Source: an uncultured Acidobacteriaceae bacterium (lineage in GTDB: Bacteria; Acidobacteriota; Terriglobia; Terriglobales; Acidobacteriaceae). From it: 64,000 nt of DNA. Numbering within the stretch: position 1 is the first letter of the stretch; every line of letters begins with the position of its first letter. Below the pieces are notes generated by a model. That model saw only the letters and a list, made by a program, of their open reading frames with translations, did no database searches and was not told the origin of the DNA. Below, piece by piece: positions 35,859 through 46,339 of this stretch. The stretch covers positions 69,485-133,484 of the forward strand of contig CAWGYG010000008.1 of the NCBI GenBank assembly GCA_963826915.1. The letters run 5' to 3'. The position numbers and the translations under genes are program-made.

Positions 35859-36401
35859 ATGCGTCTGTTCATTGCAGTTCCGTTGCCGCTCGCTCTGATC
35901 CATCAGCTCGAGAAGACCACCAAAGCCCTGCGATCCCCCTCCGACGGCCTGCGCTGGTCGTCGCCTGAATCCTGGCACATCACCTTGCAGTTCCTCGGCA
36001 ACACAACCCAGGGCCGATTCGCCTGCCTCGTCGCAAAACTACGCGCGCTTGAATTCTCGCGTGCGCCCATCCGACTTCAGGCTCTCGGCTTCTTCGATCG
36101 CGCTGGAGTCTTCTTTGCCGGCGTCAGCGTCACACCCGAACTGCTCCTCCTGCAGCAACATGTCACTGCAGCAACGGCACACTGCGGCTTCGTTGCTGAA
36201 ACTCGTCCCTTCCACCCGCACATCACCTTGGCACGCGCAAAGGGTGAAACCCGCGGCTCGGCCCTGCGCGCGTTGAAAGCCAAAGTTCACTTTCAACCGG
36301 AATTCTCCAACTTCGTCGCCACAGAGTTCCTGCTCTACGAAGCCTTTCTTGGCTCTGCTGGTTCCCGCTACGAGGTCCGCGAGCGCTTTCCACTCCGTTG
36401 A
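35859..36401 (+). CDS. thpR: RNA 2',3'-cyclic phosphodiesterase (2H phosphoesterase, LigT/ThpR)
   Basis: MRLFIAVPLP plus two HxT motifs (WHITLQFLG and HPHITLAR). Confidence 0.85.
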   Translation: MRLFIAVPLPLALIHQLEKTTKALRSPSDGLRWSSPESWHITLQFLGNTTQGRFACLVAKLRALEFSRAPIRLQALGFFDRAGVFFAGVSVTPELLLLQQHVTAATAHCGFVAETRPFHPHITLARAKGETRGSALRALKAKVHFQPEFSNFVATEFLLYEAFLGSAGSRYEVRERFPLR

Positions 36402-36512
36402 TGATGCTCCTCACCAGCTTCAGAACATTCAGCTGTTTGTGCCTCTTCTCAAGCCCCTCTATTATGATTTCGGCATGCACACAGAGCTCTGCTCGCAATT
36501 CCCGGTAGCCAG

Positions 36513-37949
36513 ATGACGATCCCTGCGCCTACTCCCCACGAAGCCAAATCGCAGCTGCGCAAAACTATGGGCTTCTGGGATGTGCTGCTCTTCAATATCG
36601 CCACTGTGCTTGGCCCGCGCTGGATCGCCGCCGCCGGACACAACGGAACCTCCTCGATCAGCCTGTGGGCAATCGCGGCCGTCTTCTTTTTCGTCCCCGG
36701 CGCCTTGGTCATCAACGAACTCTCTTCGCGCTTTCCTCAGGAAGGCGGCCTCTATGCGTGGTCGAAGGAAGCCTTCGGCGATTTTCACGGCTTCATTGCC
36801 GGCTGGACTTATTGGATATACACCGTCTTCTATTTTCCAGGGCTGCTTCTGGCCAGCGCCTCAATGGCCGCATACATCATGGGGGGTCGCGGCGCCACGC
36901 TGGCGCAGGACCGCACGTTCCTGCTTTCGGTCTCCCTCTCGATGCTGCTCGTCGCTGTGGTTCTCAACATCATCGGGCTCAACATCGGCAAATGGCTGCA
37001 GAATGCCGGCGGCGTCGGAACCTATGTACCTCTCGTGATGCTTGCGGTGATCGCTGCATTGGTCTGCATTCGCCACGGCTCCGCGACCCACTTCACCCTC
37101 CGCAACATGATGCCCGCCTGGAACTGGGACACCGTGAATTTCTGGTCCCAGATAGCTTTCGCGTTCACTGGCCTCGAACTCGTCTCTGCCATGAGCGAAG
37201 AGGTGCGCGATCCGCGGCGCACCCTGCCACGAGCCGTATTCGGCGCCGGAGCGTTAATCGCTCTGATGTATATCGCCGGGACCTTTGCGATTCTCACGCT
37301 GGTTCCTGCCGCTGACCTCGATCCGCAGAGCGGTGTATTCAGTGCCATCACCATTGGCTCTGTCGCGCTACGACTTGGATTCCTGGGAATCCTTGCCGCC
37401 ATGCTGGTTACGGTAGGCAACGCGGGCGGCGTCGGCAGCACAGTCGCGGGCATCGCGCGCGTTCCGTTCGTCGTCGGCATTGACCGCTATTTGCCTGCCG
37501 CTTTCGGTAAGATCCATCCCCGCTGGAAAACGCCGTACATCTCCATCCTGGTTCAAGCCGGCATCTCCGGGTTGATTCTTCTGCTCAGCCAGATCAAGAG
37601 CAGTACAGTGATTGAGGGCTACCAACTGGTGGTCAATGCGGCCATCATTCTGTATTTCATTCCATTTCTTTATATGTTTGCGGCAGTTATCAAACTGGCG
37701 AGTCGCAAAGACAGAAAAGTGAACACCCACGCCGTTCTCGTACCGGGCGGTATCGCAGGAGTCTGGGTCTGTGGCAGCTTGGGATTCCTGGTGGTCCTCA
37801 TTGGCATTATTTTGTCGTTTGTGCCGCCCGGCGGGACCGCCAGCTGGCTCGGGTGGTGGTTGCAGTTAGGCGGTGGCACGGGCGTTTCGGTTCTGCTTGG
37901 TTTGGGGCTCTATTGGCGAGGGGCGAGGTCAAAAAGACTGGCAAACTAG
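36513..37949 (+). CDS. Amino-acid permease (APC superfamily)
   Basis: 478 aa with about 12 TM helices. N-terminal LRKTMGFWDVLLFNIATVLGPRWI and GGLYAW are typical of APC transporters. Confidence 0.85.
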   Translation: MTIPAPTPHEAKSQLRKTMGFWDVLLFNIATVLGPRWIAAAGHNGTSSISLWAIAAVFFFVPGALVINELSSRFPQEGGLYAWSKEAFGDFHGFIAGWTYWIYTVFYFPGLLLASASMAAYIMGGRGATLAQDRTFLLSVSLSMLLVAVVLNIIGLNIGKWLQNAGGVGTYVPLVMLAVIAALVCIRHGSATHFTLRNMMPAWNWDTVNFWSQIAFAFTGLELVSAMSEEVRDPRRTLPRAVFGAGALIALMYIAGTFAILTLVPAADLDPQSGVFSAITIGSVALRLGFLGILAAMLVTVGNAGGVGSTVAGIARVPFVVGIDRYLPAAFGKIHPRWKTPYISILVQAGISGLILLLSQIKSSTVIEGYQLVVNAAIILYFIPFLYMFAAVIKLASRKDRKVNTHAVLVPGGIAGVWVCGSLGFLVVLIGIILSFVPPGGTASWLGWWLQLGGGTGVSVLLGLGLYWRGARSKRLAN

Positions 37950-38027
37950 CATCCTGCCCAAGCGAGGATTAAAGCGCACCGGCGTAGACGTCTGTACCAT
38001 CGAAAATGCTATAGTCTGCGAGTTTGT

Positions 38028-39773
38028 GTGAGTGAGGAAATGGCCGAGGGTCTGAAACTCCAAAACGTATTGCAGTCGTCGTTCGATTCCCAGTCGGCGC
38101 GTGCAAAGTCGAACCGCGCCGCGCTGCTCGAATTGATGACGGCAATGCGCGCCCAGGAAGATGCGATTCACCGCGGTGGCGGAGCAAAAGCCGCTGCGGC
38201 TCAGCACGCCAAGCGCCGACTTACGGTGCGTGAGCGACTTGACCTGCTGCTCGACAAAGACGCCGAGTTTATGGAATTGGGTCTCTGGGCCGCCCACGAA
38301 ATGTACGCCGAATACGGCGGTGCACCGGGTGCAGGCGTGGTGACCGGATTAGGTCGGGTCAGCGGCCATCTCTGCATGATCATCGCCAATGACGCCACCG
38401 TGAAGGCCGGCGCATTCTTCCCGATGACGGCCAAGAAAGTTTTGCGCGCACAGAACATCGCGCTCGAAAACCGCATACCGACGCTTTACCTCGTGGACTC
38501 GGCCGGCGTTTTTCTACCCCTTCAGGAAGATGTTTTCCCCGACACCGACGACTTTGGACGCGTGTTTAGGAACAATGCCGTAATGAGCTCTCTCGGCATT
38601 CCTCAGATCACAGCAATCATGGGCATGTGCGTAGCCGGCGGCGCGTATCTCCCTGTCATGACCGACACCGTACTGATGACAGAAGGCTCGGGCTTGTTCC
38701 TCGCGGGACCGTCCCTGGTGCAAGCCGCCATTGGGCAGAAGACTGATCCCGAGGAACTCGGAGGCGCGGCTATGCATGCCGAAATCTCCGGCACTGTTGA
38801 CTTCAAAGAGCCGGACGATCACCACTGCCTGGCTCGGCTGCGATCCCTGGTCGAGAAGATCGGCCAACGGCATTCCGCAACTTCGACGCCAGAGCCCTTC
38901 AGCCGAATTCCATTCGACCCCATCCGGGATGCACCGAAGTATCCGGCGGAAGATTTGTATGGCCTCCTCAATCCCGCGCCCGGGGCAAGCAATGTCTACG
39001 ACATGCATGAAGTGATTGCCCGCATCGTCGATCGCAGCGAATTCGATGAATACAAGCAGGACTTCGGCCGAACCATTCTTTGTGGATATGCTCGCGTCGG
39101 TGGCCGCGCCGTAGGTATTGTGGCGAATCAGAAGACCAACCAGAGCCAGATTGTCGCGATGGGTCCGTCCGCAGGAGCGAAACGAATCGAAGTCGGCGGC
39201 GTCATCTATACAGAAGGCGCACAAAAGGCCGCACGATTCATTATGGATTGCAATCAGAACCTCGTCCCGCTGCTATTCTTGCACGACGTAAATGGGTTTA
39301 TGGTCGGCAAAGATGCGGAGTGGTCAGGCATTATTCGCGCCGGAGCAAAGATGGTGACGGCTGTCAGCACCAGTGTCGTACCGAAAATCACCGTAATCGT
39401 TGGCGGCAGCTTCGGCGCCGGCCACTACGCGATGTGCGGTAAAGCCTATGATCCGCGTTTTCTTTTCGCGTGGCCGACAGCACGTTATGCAGTTATGAGC
39501 GGCGCTTCTGCGGCAAACACGCTTGCCGAGGTTCGCGCCAAACAAGTAGAGCGAGGCGGCAAAGTTCTATCGGAAGCTGAGAGAACTGCGCTCCACGATG
39601 AGATCAAGTCAACCTATGACGCACAAGCCGACCCGCGCTATGGCGCTGCGCGCCTTTGGATCGACGCCATCATTGATCCAGGTAAAACGCGGGTTGTACT
39701 AATTCAGGCCTTGGAGGCTTGTGCCATGAACCCAGATATTCCTCGCTTCAACCCGGGAGTGCTGCAAACCTGA
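38028..39773 (+). CDS. Acyl-CoA carboxylase carboxyltransferase (beta) subunit, methylcrotonyl-CoA carboxylase-like
   Basis: RLTVRERLDLLLD...VVTGLGRVSG...IANDATVKAGAFFP...KKVLRAQNIALENRIPTLYLVDSAGVFLP...GMCVAGGAYLP. The start could instead be ATG 38040. Confidence 0.85.
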   Translation: MSEEMAEGLKLQNVLQSSFDSQSARAKSNRAALLELMTAMRAQEDAIHRGGGAKAAAAQHAKRRLTVRERLDLLLDKDAEFMELGLWAAHEMYAEYGGAPGAGVVTGLGRVSGHLCMIIANDATVKAGAFFPMTAKKVLRAQNIALENRIPTLYLVDSAGVFLPLQEDVFPDTDDFGRVFRNNAVMSSLGIPQITAIMGMCVAGGAYLPVMTDTVLMTEGSGLFLAGPSLVQAAIGQKTDPEELGGAAMHAEISGTVDFKEPDDHHCLARLRSLVEKIGQRHSATSTPEPFSRIPFDPIRDAPKYPAEDLYGLLNPAPGASNVYDMHEVIARIVDRSEFDEYKQDFGRTILCGYARVGGRAVGIVANQKTNQSQIVAMGPSAGAKRIEVGGVIYTEGAQKAARFIMDCNQNLVPLLFLHDVNGFMVGKDAEWSGIIRAGAKMVTAVSTSVVPKITVIVGGSFGAGHYAMCGKAYDPRFLFAWPTARYAVMSGASAANTLAEVRAKQVERGGKVLSEAERTALHDEIKSTYDAQADPRYGAARLWIDAIIDPGKTRVVLIQALEACAMNPDIPRFNPGVLQT

Positions 39774-39877
39774 CAAGTTTTTCCCGGGCACTTGCTTGTC
39801 ATTCATGCCGGGCGTGGCATCTTATTCAATCAGCAGGAAGCAGAGCGCGTTGTACATAAGGCACGAAGGAGCAATAC

Positions 39878-41068
39878 ATGAGCGTTGCGCTTGAGACGGC
39901 AGAGAGTTTGTATCCATTCGTACTGACCGAGGATCAGGAACATCTGCGCCGGGAGATTCGGGAGTTTGCCGCCCGCGAGATCGCGCCCAACGTGATGGCC
40001 TGGGACGAGGCCAGCGAGTTCCCTGCGGCCGTGGTCAAGAAACTTGGCCAGATGGGCTTGCTGGGCGTCATCGTTCCGCCGGAGTATGGCGGTGCAGGCC
40101 TTGGCTACGTCGACTATGTCCTGGCAATTGAAGAACTCTCCGCTGTCGATGGCTCCATTGGCATCATCGTCGCGGCGCATAATTCCCTGGGCACCAACCA
40201 CATCTTTCTCGCCGGCAATGAGGCACAGAAGCGCAAGTACATCCCACGCCTCGCCAGCGGAGAATGGCTCGCAGCATGGGGCCTGACCGAGCCCGGGGCA
40301 GGCTCTGACGCCAGTAACTCGCGCACTACAGCGGTTCGCAAGGGTGATCGCTACATTTTGAATGGCAATAAGACCTTCATTACGAACGGCCACTATGCCG
40401 ACGTCGCCGTGGTTATCGCCTCAACCGATAAGAGCAAAGGTACACACGGCCTTTCTGCCTTCGTGGTGGAGAAGGGAACCAAGGGATTCCGCCCCGGCAA
40501 AAAGGAAAACAAGCTCGGCCTGCGCGCCAGCGACACCAGCGAGTTGATCTTCGAAGATTGCGAGATTCCTGCCGAGAATCTTCTCGGCGCCGAAGGCGAA
40601 GGATTTATCGATGCCATGCGTGTCCTGGATGGCGGCAGAATCTCTATTGCCGCCCTCGCGCTTGGAATTGGACGCGGCGCACTCGACGCAGCATTGAAGT
40701 ACGTAAAAGAACGGCGTCAGTTCGGTAAGGCGATCGCCGAGTTCCAGGGAATTCAATGGAAGCTCGCGGACATGGCCACAGAGTTGGACGCAGCGCGCCT
40801 GCTCACCCAGCGCGCAGCAGTCTTGAAGGATGCCGGCCGAAAGGTGACGCGCGAATCGTCCATGGCGAAGCTGTTTTCAAGCGAAGTGGCCGTGCGCATC
40901 TGCGACGATGCCGTACAGCTGTTTGGCGGCTACGGCTTCATCAAGGACTATCCGGCCGAGAAGTACTATCGCGATGTGAAGCTGTGCACCATCGGCGAAG
41001 GCACAAGCGAAATACAGCGGATGGTCATCGCCCGGGAAATCCTGAAGGTTCACCCGTCACGCGGCTGA
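39878..41068 (+). CDS. Acyl-CoA dehydrogenase (isovaleryl-/short-branched-chain-type by context)
   Basis: [14 protein letters not shown], ...[29 protein letters not shown]. Confidence 0.9.
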   Translation: MSVALETAESLYPFVLTEDQEHLRREIREFAAREIAPNVMAWDEASEFPAAVVKKLGQMGLLGVIVPPEYGGAGLGYVDYVLAIEELSAVDGSIGIIVAAHNSLGTNHIFLAGNEAQKRKYIPRLASGEWLAAWGLTEPGAGSDASNSRTTAVRKGDRYILNGNKTFITNGHYADVAVVIASTDKSKGTHGLSAFVVEKGTKGFRPGKKENKLGLRASDTSELIFEDCEIPAENLLGAEGEGFIDAMRVLDGGRISIAALALGIGRGALDAALKYVKERRQFGKAIAEFQGIQWKLADMATELDAARLLTQRAAVLKDAGRKVTRESSMAKLFSSEVAVRICDDAVQLFGGYGFIKDYPAEKYYRDVKLCTIGEGTSEIQRMVIAREILKVHPSRG

Positions 41069-41095
41069 GTGGGCTCGCCGATAATGGAGGGAAGC

Positions 41096-41968
41096 ATGGA
41101 CAATCTCGTCAAGATTATCGAGTGCCCGCGCGACGCCTGGCAGGGACTTCCGGTGCCAATTGCGCCGGAAGCAAAAGCCGATTACCTCCGCAAACTCATC
41201 GATGCCGGGTTTGCGCATATCGACGCAGTCAGTTTCGTCTCACCCGCGGCAGTTCCCCAAATGGCAGACTCCGAACAGGTGCTCGTACATCTCAACCCGC
41301 CGGAGGATGTCGAGATTATTGGCATCGTCGTGAATGAGAAAGGAGCGCACCGCGCCGCCCGCACTGGTGCGGTGCAAACCCTCGGCTTTCCGTACTCCAT
41401 CTCACCTCAGTTTCTTATGCGCAATCAGCATCAAACACCGGAAGAGTCGCTCGATGCGCTGGAGACAATACAGACGCTGGCCATTGATGAGGGCATCGAC
41501 GTAGTCGCATATGTCTCCATGGCTTTTGGCAATCCTTACGGAGATGAGTGGAGCATCGGCGAACTGCTCGATGCGTGCGATCTTCTCGCCGAATCCGGAG
41601 TCAGACAGATTTCGCTTGCCGATACAGTAGGTCTCGCGCAACCCGACCAAATTGGCGAAACAATTACGGCCGTGCTCGCCCAGCACGACGAAATCGAGTT
41701 TGGAGTTCATCTCCACGCAAGGCCCGCTGAGGCGGCAATTCGGATTCGGGCCGCATTTGAAGCAGGCTGTCGACGATTTGATTCTGCAATTGGTGGCCTT
41801 GGTGGATGCCCATTCGCCCAAGACATACTGGTAGGCAATATTGCCACCGAGACACTTTTAGCTGAGTTGACGGCCCGGGGCGCGAAGCTGCCCTCTCTGG
41901 GCTCGCTGGATGATTTGGTACAGGCGAATGCGCAGATTTCCAGTCGTTTTGGAACGCTTGTGCAGTAA
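41096..41968 (+). CDS. Hydroxymethylglutaryl-CoA lyase
   Basis: VKIIECPRDAWQG, the DTVG motif (LADTVGLAQP), HLHARP and GGLGGCPFA. Start at ATG 41096 behind GGAGGGA. Confidence 0.85.
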   Translation: MDNLVKIIECPRDAWQGLPVPIAPEAKADYLRKLIDAGFAHIDAVSFVSPAAVPQMADSEQVLVHLNPPEDVEIIGIVVNEKGAHRAARTGAVQTLGFPYSISPQFLMRNQHQTPEESLDALETIQTLAIDEGIDVVAYVSMAFGNPYGDEWSIGELLDACDLLAESGVRQISLADTVGLAQPDQIGETITAVLAQHDEIEFGVHLHARPAEAAIRIRAAFEAGCRRFDSAIGGLGGCPFAQDILVGNIATETLLAELTARGAKLPSLGSLDDLVQANAQISSRFGTLVQ

Positions 41969-42018
41969 CGAGAACCTTCCGGCTACACCTGCAGCGATTC
42001 AACACCTCGGAGGACGGA

Positions 42019-42798
42019 TTGAGTTACAAAACGATTCTGGTTGTCGACAATCATTCGACCCGTACAATCACTCTGCATCGGCCAGAACGCCGCAACGCGA
42101 TGACGACAGAGATGCAGATAGAGCTGATTGCCGCCCTCGAGGAAGCCTCCACCAGTGAGTGCCGTGTGCTTGTGCTGGCCGGCGCCGGCGATGCCTTCTG
42201 CGCGGGCCTCGATCTATCTGAGTTGCAAGGGATGCGCGACAAGACGCCAGCCGACCATCGAATTGCTGCGGAACGGATTGCCAGATTGTTCCTGGCCCTC
42301 TATGAGCTGCCCATCCCCACAATCGCGGCGGTGCATGGTCCGGCCATCGCGGGTGGATCGGGGTTAGCTACTATCTGTGACGTCACGATCGCAACCCCGG
42401 CGGCCCGGTTTGGCTTCACCGAGACACGCATCGGCTTTGTCCCTGCTATTCTCTCGGCATTCTTGGCATTGCAGATCGGGGACAAGCGAAGCCGGGATCT
42501 CTTGCTCACTGGTCGCATCTTCGACGCCGAAGAAGCTTTCCGACTGGGTTTGGTCAACGAAGTTGTCGCGCCGGAAGATCTCGCGCCACGCATTCAGGCT
42601 CTTGCCGCGGCTCTATCTGCAAACAGCCCGCAATCCCTACGCGCTACCAAACGGTTGCTCGCTGCACAGAATAGGCCATGGCTCGACGCCGCAATTCTCG
42701 TCGCGATGGATGCAAACGCGAAGGCTCGTGAAACCGGCGATTTTCACGAGGGCCTTACGGCATTTCTCGAGAAGAGAAAGCCCGTCTGGAAAAAGTGA
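42019..42798 (+). CDS. Enoyl-CoA hydratase/isomerase family (methylglutaconyl-CoA hydratase by context)
   Basis: RPERRNAM, GAGDAFCAGLDL, AAVHGPAIAGG and the GLVNEVV crotonase fold. TTG start behind GGAGGA. Confidence 0.8.
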   Translation: MSYKTILVVDNHSTRTITLHRPERRNAMTTEMQIELIAALEEASTSECRVLVLAGAGDAFCAGLDLSELQGMRDKTPADHRIAAERIARLFLALYELPIPTIAAVHGPAIAGGSGLATICDVTIATPAARFGFTETRIGFVPAILSAFLALQIGDKRSRDLLLTGRIFDAEEAFRLGLVNEVVAPEDLAPRIQALAAALSANSPQSLRATKRLLAAQNRPWLDAAILVAMDANAKARETGDFHEGLTAFLEKRKPVWKK

Positions 42799-42803
42799 GC
42801 CTC

Positions 42804-43448
42804 CTAGACTGCGGCCATTCGAAATCGTAGCGGCGCATCTGTTTTCTGCAGTACTTGTTCGCGCGTAACCCCATCGGCAAGCTCGAAAATCTCAAACCCA
42901 GACTCCATCACGTCGAGTACACAAAGATCCGTAATCACGCGATGCACAACCCCGCTGCCCGTGAGCGGCAACGTGCAGGTCCGCAATAGCTTGGCGCTGC
43001 CATCCGGTGTCGTGTGTTCCATCAACACGAGCACCCGCTTAACTCCCGAAACAAGGTCCATCGCGCCGCCCATACCCTTTACTCTTTTGCCAGGAATCAT
43101 CCAATTAGCGAGGTCTCCGCGTTCCGAGACTTGCATCGCGCCAAGGATTGCAAGGTCGATGTGCCCGCCACGAATCATTGCAAACGAGTCCGCACTCGAA
43201 AAGGTTGATGCCCCGGGAACAAACGTTACTGTTTCCTTGCCCGCATTGATCAAGTCCGGGTCAATCTCCGCTTCGCGCGGAAAAGGCCCCATTCCCAGAA
43301 GCCCATTCTCCGATTGCAGCGTTACGGTCATTCCATTGGAAATGTGGTTCGCAACAAGTGTCGGAATCCCAATCCCCAAATTGACGTAGAAGCCGTCATG
43401 CAGTTCCCGTGCAGCGCGGGCGGCCATCTGTTGTCGAGTCCATGCCAC
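42804..43448 (-). CDS. scoB: 3-oxoacid CoA-transferase subunit B
   Basis: After trimming to GTG 43448 (GAGAGGGA SD, 4 nt after the scoA stop) the protein starts [35 protein letters not shown] and contains the SENG catalytic-Glu motif ([12 protein letters not shown]). Confidence 0.9.
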   Translation of the reverse strand: MAWTRQQMAARAARELHDGFYVNLGIGIPTLVANHISNGMTVTLQSENGLLGMGPFPREAEIDPDLINAGKETVTFVPGASTFSSADSFAMIRGGHIDLAILGAMQVSERGDLANWMIPGKRVKGMGGAMDLVSGVKRVLVLMEHTTPDGSAKLLRTCTLPLTGSGVVHRVITDLCVLDVMESGFEIFELADGVTREQVLQKTDAPLRFRMAAV

Positions 43449-43452
43449 TGAT

Positions 43453-44151
43453 TTATCCCTCTCGCGTCGTTCTTTTTTCGATCCGCTTCTCAGGATCGGG
43501 AACATGAACCAGCCGCTGGACGTAGATTCCCGGCGTATGAATCTCATCAGGATCGAGTTCGCCTGGCTCCACAATGATCTCCGCCTCGGCCACTGTGATC
43601 TTGCCGCACGCGGCTGCATTGGGATTGAAATTGCGTGCGGTCCGGCGATAGATCAGATTCCCATCGAGATCAGCCTTCCAGGCTTTCACAAGCGCCACAT
43701 CGGCACGAATGCCGCGCTCTAAAATATAGGGTGCCCCGTCGAATTCCATCTGTTCCTTGCCCTCCGCGATCAAGGTGCCAACACCCGTTCGCGTGTAGAA
43801 ACCAGGTATTCCGGCGCCACCCGCTCTCATGCGTTCGGCCAGCGTACCTTGGGGGCTGAATTCCACTTCCAGTTCACCAGCCAGATATTGGCGTTCAAAC
43901 TCGACGTTTTCGCCGACGTAGCTTGAGATCATCTTCTTGATCTGGCGAGTCTCGAGCAGCACGCCCAAACCCCACCCGTCCACACCCGCATTGTTGCTGG
44001 CAACCGTCAGATTGCGTGCCCCCGTGTCGCGCAGCGCAAGGATGAGAGCCTCGGGAATGCCGCAGAGACCAAAACCGCCGATCGCCAGCAGCATTCCATC
44101 CTGAACGATCCCTTCCAGTGCCGCATGCGGATTAGGCCAAAGCTTTTTCAT
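43453..44151 (-). CDS. scoA: 3-oxoacid CoA-transferase subunit A
   Basis: From ATG 44151: [34 protein letters not shown]...SNNAG... Confidence 0.9.
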   Translation of the reverse strand: MKKLWPNPHAALEGIVQDGMLLAIGGFGLCGIPEALILALRDTGARNLTVASNNAGVDGWGLGVLLETRQIKKMISSYVGENVEFERQYLAGELEVEFSPQGTLAERMRAGGAGIPGFYTRTGVGTLIAEGKEQMEFDGAPYILERGIRADVALVKAWKADLDGNLIYRRTARNFNPNAAACGKITVAEAEIIVEPGELDPDEIHTPGIYVQRLVHVPDPEKRIEKRTTREG

Positions 44152-44525
44152 AGCGGAAAAACCCCAAAGGGTAAAGTGCAATCCAGCCGCGCTCTCTTCA
44201 CTCCACCCGCCATTCTTACACCATCAAACCCACCCTAGCCAACTTTCGAATGAGTATCGGCGTCTCGTCGGCATCATATTTCATTCTTCCAGTTCAGATG
44301 CGGGCCTGGCGGCTTGAATCAGATGATGGGTCTGATCCTGATGCATGCTTTTACGACTCCAAATTAATCCTCTCCAGCGTTCTCGCCGATAAAGCAGATG
44401 CCCACTGACGACCGGAAATCCGGTCGCGGAAGGGAGACTGTTCGCACATCCAAACAGACGTGAGAACAAATGCAAAATAACCTGATAAATCGGGAGCAGA
44501 AGACACGATCATCCGCAGAAGCCCG

Positions 44526-46280
44526 TTGGTGTGCCAAGGGGAATTTGTGTTGAAAACCAATGTGCCATCGGCGAATTCTGCACTCCAGACAGCGGCGGGA
44601 AACATCCGTGCAGCGCTGCTTCTCGCCGAGCACGAGATCGACGCCGTAGCTACGGGTTTTGAAGAGCTTGGTCGCACCACAAGCTCCATTCTCGACGATG
44701 CAGCCATCATCGTAGCTTGCGTCGAAGACCATCGCTTCCTCTCGATCCTTGACACTTCTAAGAGCGTCGTCGACGCCACGGGACAATTCGTCCGCCTGAG
44801 GCTGCAATCGGTCGCTGAAGTTCTGGCGGTTCTGAACACTGAGGCCACACTCCTCGACCAACTCTCGTTCCAAACGCGCCAGCAAAAGTCTATTGCCCGC
44901 AAAATCCAGGCGCTCAGTGTCCTTACCAAGATCGAAGTCGCCCGTCTGGGAGGACTGGGGACGGGTTTCGACCACCTGGCGTGCGAACTGGCCAGCTTTG
45001 CGGAATCGATTGCGACCGATACAAGGATCCTGACCAGTCAGACGGATGACAGCAAGACCGTCATTGCAATCACGAAGCACATGCTCGGTGACGAATTCCG
45101 TCGTATTCAACGGGAATCTGCGCGCTTGGATGTTGAGCTGGAAAACGCATTTTCACAAATGAAACAAGGCATTGCCAAACTGTCAGCGATTCCCGACGCT
45201 TTCAGAGACTGCGTGGCGCAAATGGCCGCACAGATTGACGGAGTGATTGCCGCAGTGCAAACCCACGACATTACTCGCCAGCAAATGGAACATGTACAGC
45301 AATCTCTTCAAATGATTGCATCGGCCACCATGGGTGCCCATGATGCTGCACATACAGCAAATGGCAATCTGGCGGATCTGCTTGCAGGTTTGGTTATCCA
45401 GGTATATCAGCTAAAGAACAGTCGGGAAACTATTCATCTCTGGATTGACCAAATCGATCTCTGCCTTGAAGGCATCCTTCGTATCAGTTCCTCAGACGTC
45501 TCCAGGATTGGACCTGATGTTCTTGTTCAAGAGCGGAACCTCTCGTCGCAGTTGGGCGGCATCGCGAAGCTGGAACAAGATTGCCAGGCGGACAATCAAA
45601 GACTCCACGGTGCCCTGGCGCGCCTTGCCGAACTGGTCCAGCTTGTCAGCGAGCACGAGGCTCTCTCGAAGACAGCAAGAGAGCGACTTGAGCTCCTCAG
45701 CTTCAACTCCATCATCGAAGCGAATCGTCTCGGCACCCGTGCCGATGCAATCCTCGAAATATCGCAAAGTATTAAGAGTATTTCGGCTGAATGGACCCAA
45801 TTGACTGCGCTGGCCGGATTGGCAATTGAAAAGATACTCAGCCATGCCATGCAGGCTCAGGAACATGCTAGTACATCTTCTCTTGAAAATCGCGCGCGCA
45901 TGCACGACGCTCACCAGCGCGCTATGCGCAGTCTCGATCACCTTCATACAGTTGCGCTCGATGCTGCTCAAAAAGCGATTCAAATCGAAAATGCAACCTC
46001 GAAAATGCGCAGTTCTGGGATGAAGACGTCCGCTGCGACCAGCCGTCTCGCAGGCTGCCTGGCATCCTTGGAAATGGTGCAACGCGACGTGGAACAGGCT
46101 ACTCAAGAGTTGAAAGGCCATGCTTTGCTCGAACCGGGAGACCCCAAGCAAGTTGAGAGGCTGTTTGCCGCATCCTATACAACCGAAATCGAACGCCAGG
46201 TGCTTCATTCTGCACTTTATGGGACACCCGTCGAAACGAAAAACATCCAGGGAATAGGAAACGATGTTGAGCTCTTCTAA
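44526..46280 (+). CDS. Soluble MCP-related protein with two degenerate signalling-tip motifs (first gene of che operon)
   Basis: 584-aa ORF. The start is more likely GTG 44547 behind AAGGGGA. See findings for the motif alignment with the canonical MCP tip. No TM segment. Confidence 0.6.
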   Translation: MVCQGEFVLKTNVPSANSALQTAAGNIRAALLLAEHEIDAVATGFEELGRTTSSILDDAAIIVACVEDHRFLSILDTSKSVVDATGQFVRLRLQSVAEVLAVLNTEATLLDQLSFQTRQQKSIARKIQALSVLTKIEVARLGGLGTGFDHLACELASFAESIATDTRILTSQTDDSKTVIAITKHMLGDEFRRIQRESARLDVELENAFSQMKQGIAKLSAIPDAFRDCVAQMAAQIDGVIAAVQTHDITRQQMEHVQQSLQMIASATMGAHDAAHTANGNLADLLAGLVIQVYQLKNSRETIHLWIDQIDLCLEGILRISSSDVSRIGPDVLVQERNLSSQLGGIAKLEQDCQADNQRLHGALARLAELVQLVSEHEALSKTARERLELLSFNSIIEANRLGTRADAILEISQSIKSISAEWTQLTALAGLAIEKILSHAMQAQEHASTSSLENRARMHDAHQRAMRSLDHLHTVALDAAQKAIQIENATSKMRSSGMKTSAATSRLAGCLASLEMVQRDVEQATQELKGHALLEPGDPKQVERLFAASYTTEIERQVLHSALYGTPVETKNIQGIGNDVELF

Positions 46281-46339
46281 TATTCCTAGCGTTGTTCGAG
46301 CATGTGCAGTCGTACGAATCAGAAAGATGGGAGCCGGAG

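Noticed and set aside
35316-35978. 220-aa minus-strand ORF across the Lrp regulator gene
   Set aside because: It is antisense to a textbook Lrp/AsnC HTH protein and gives a Gly/Arg-rich translation.
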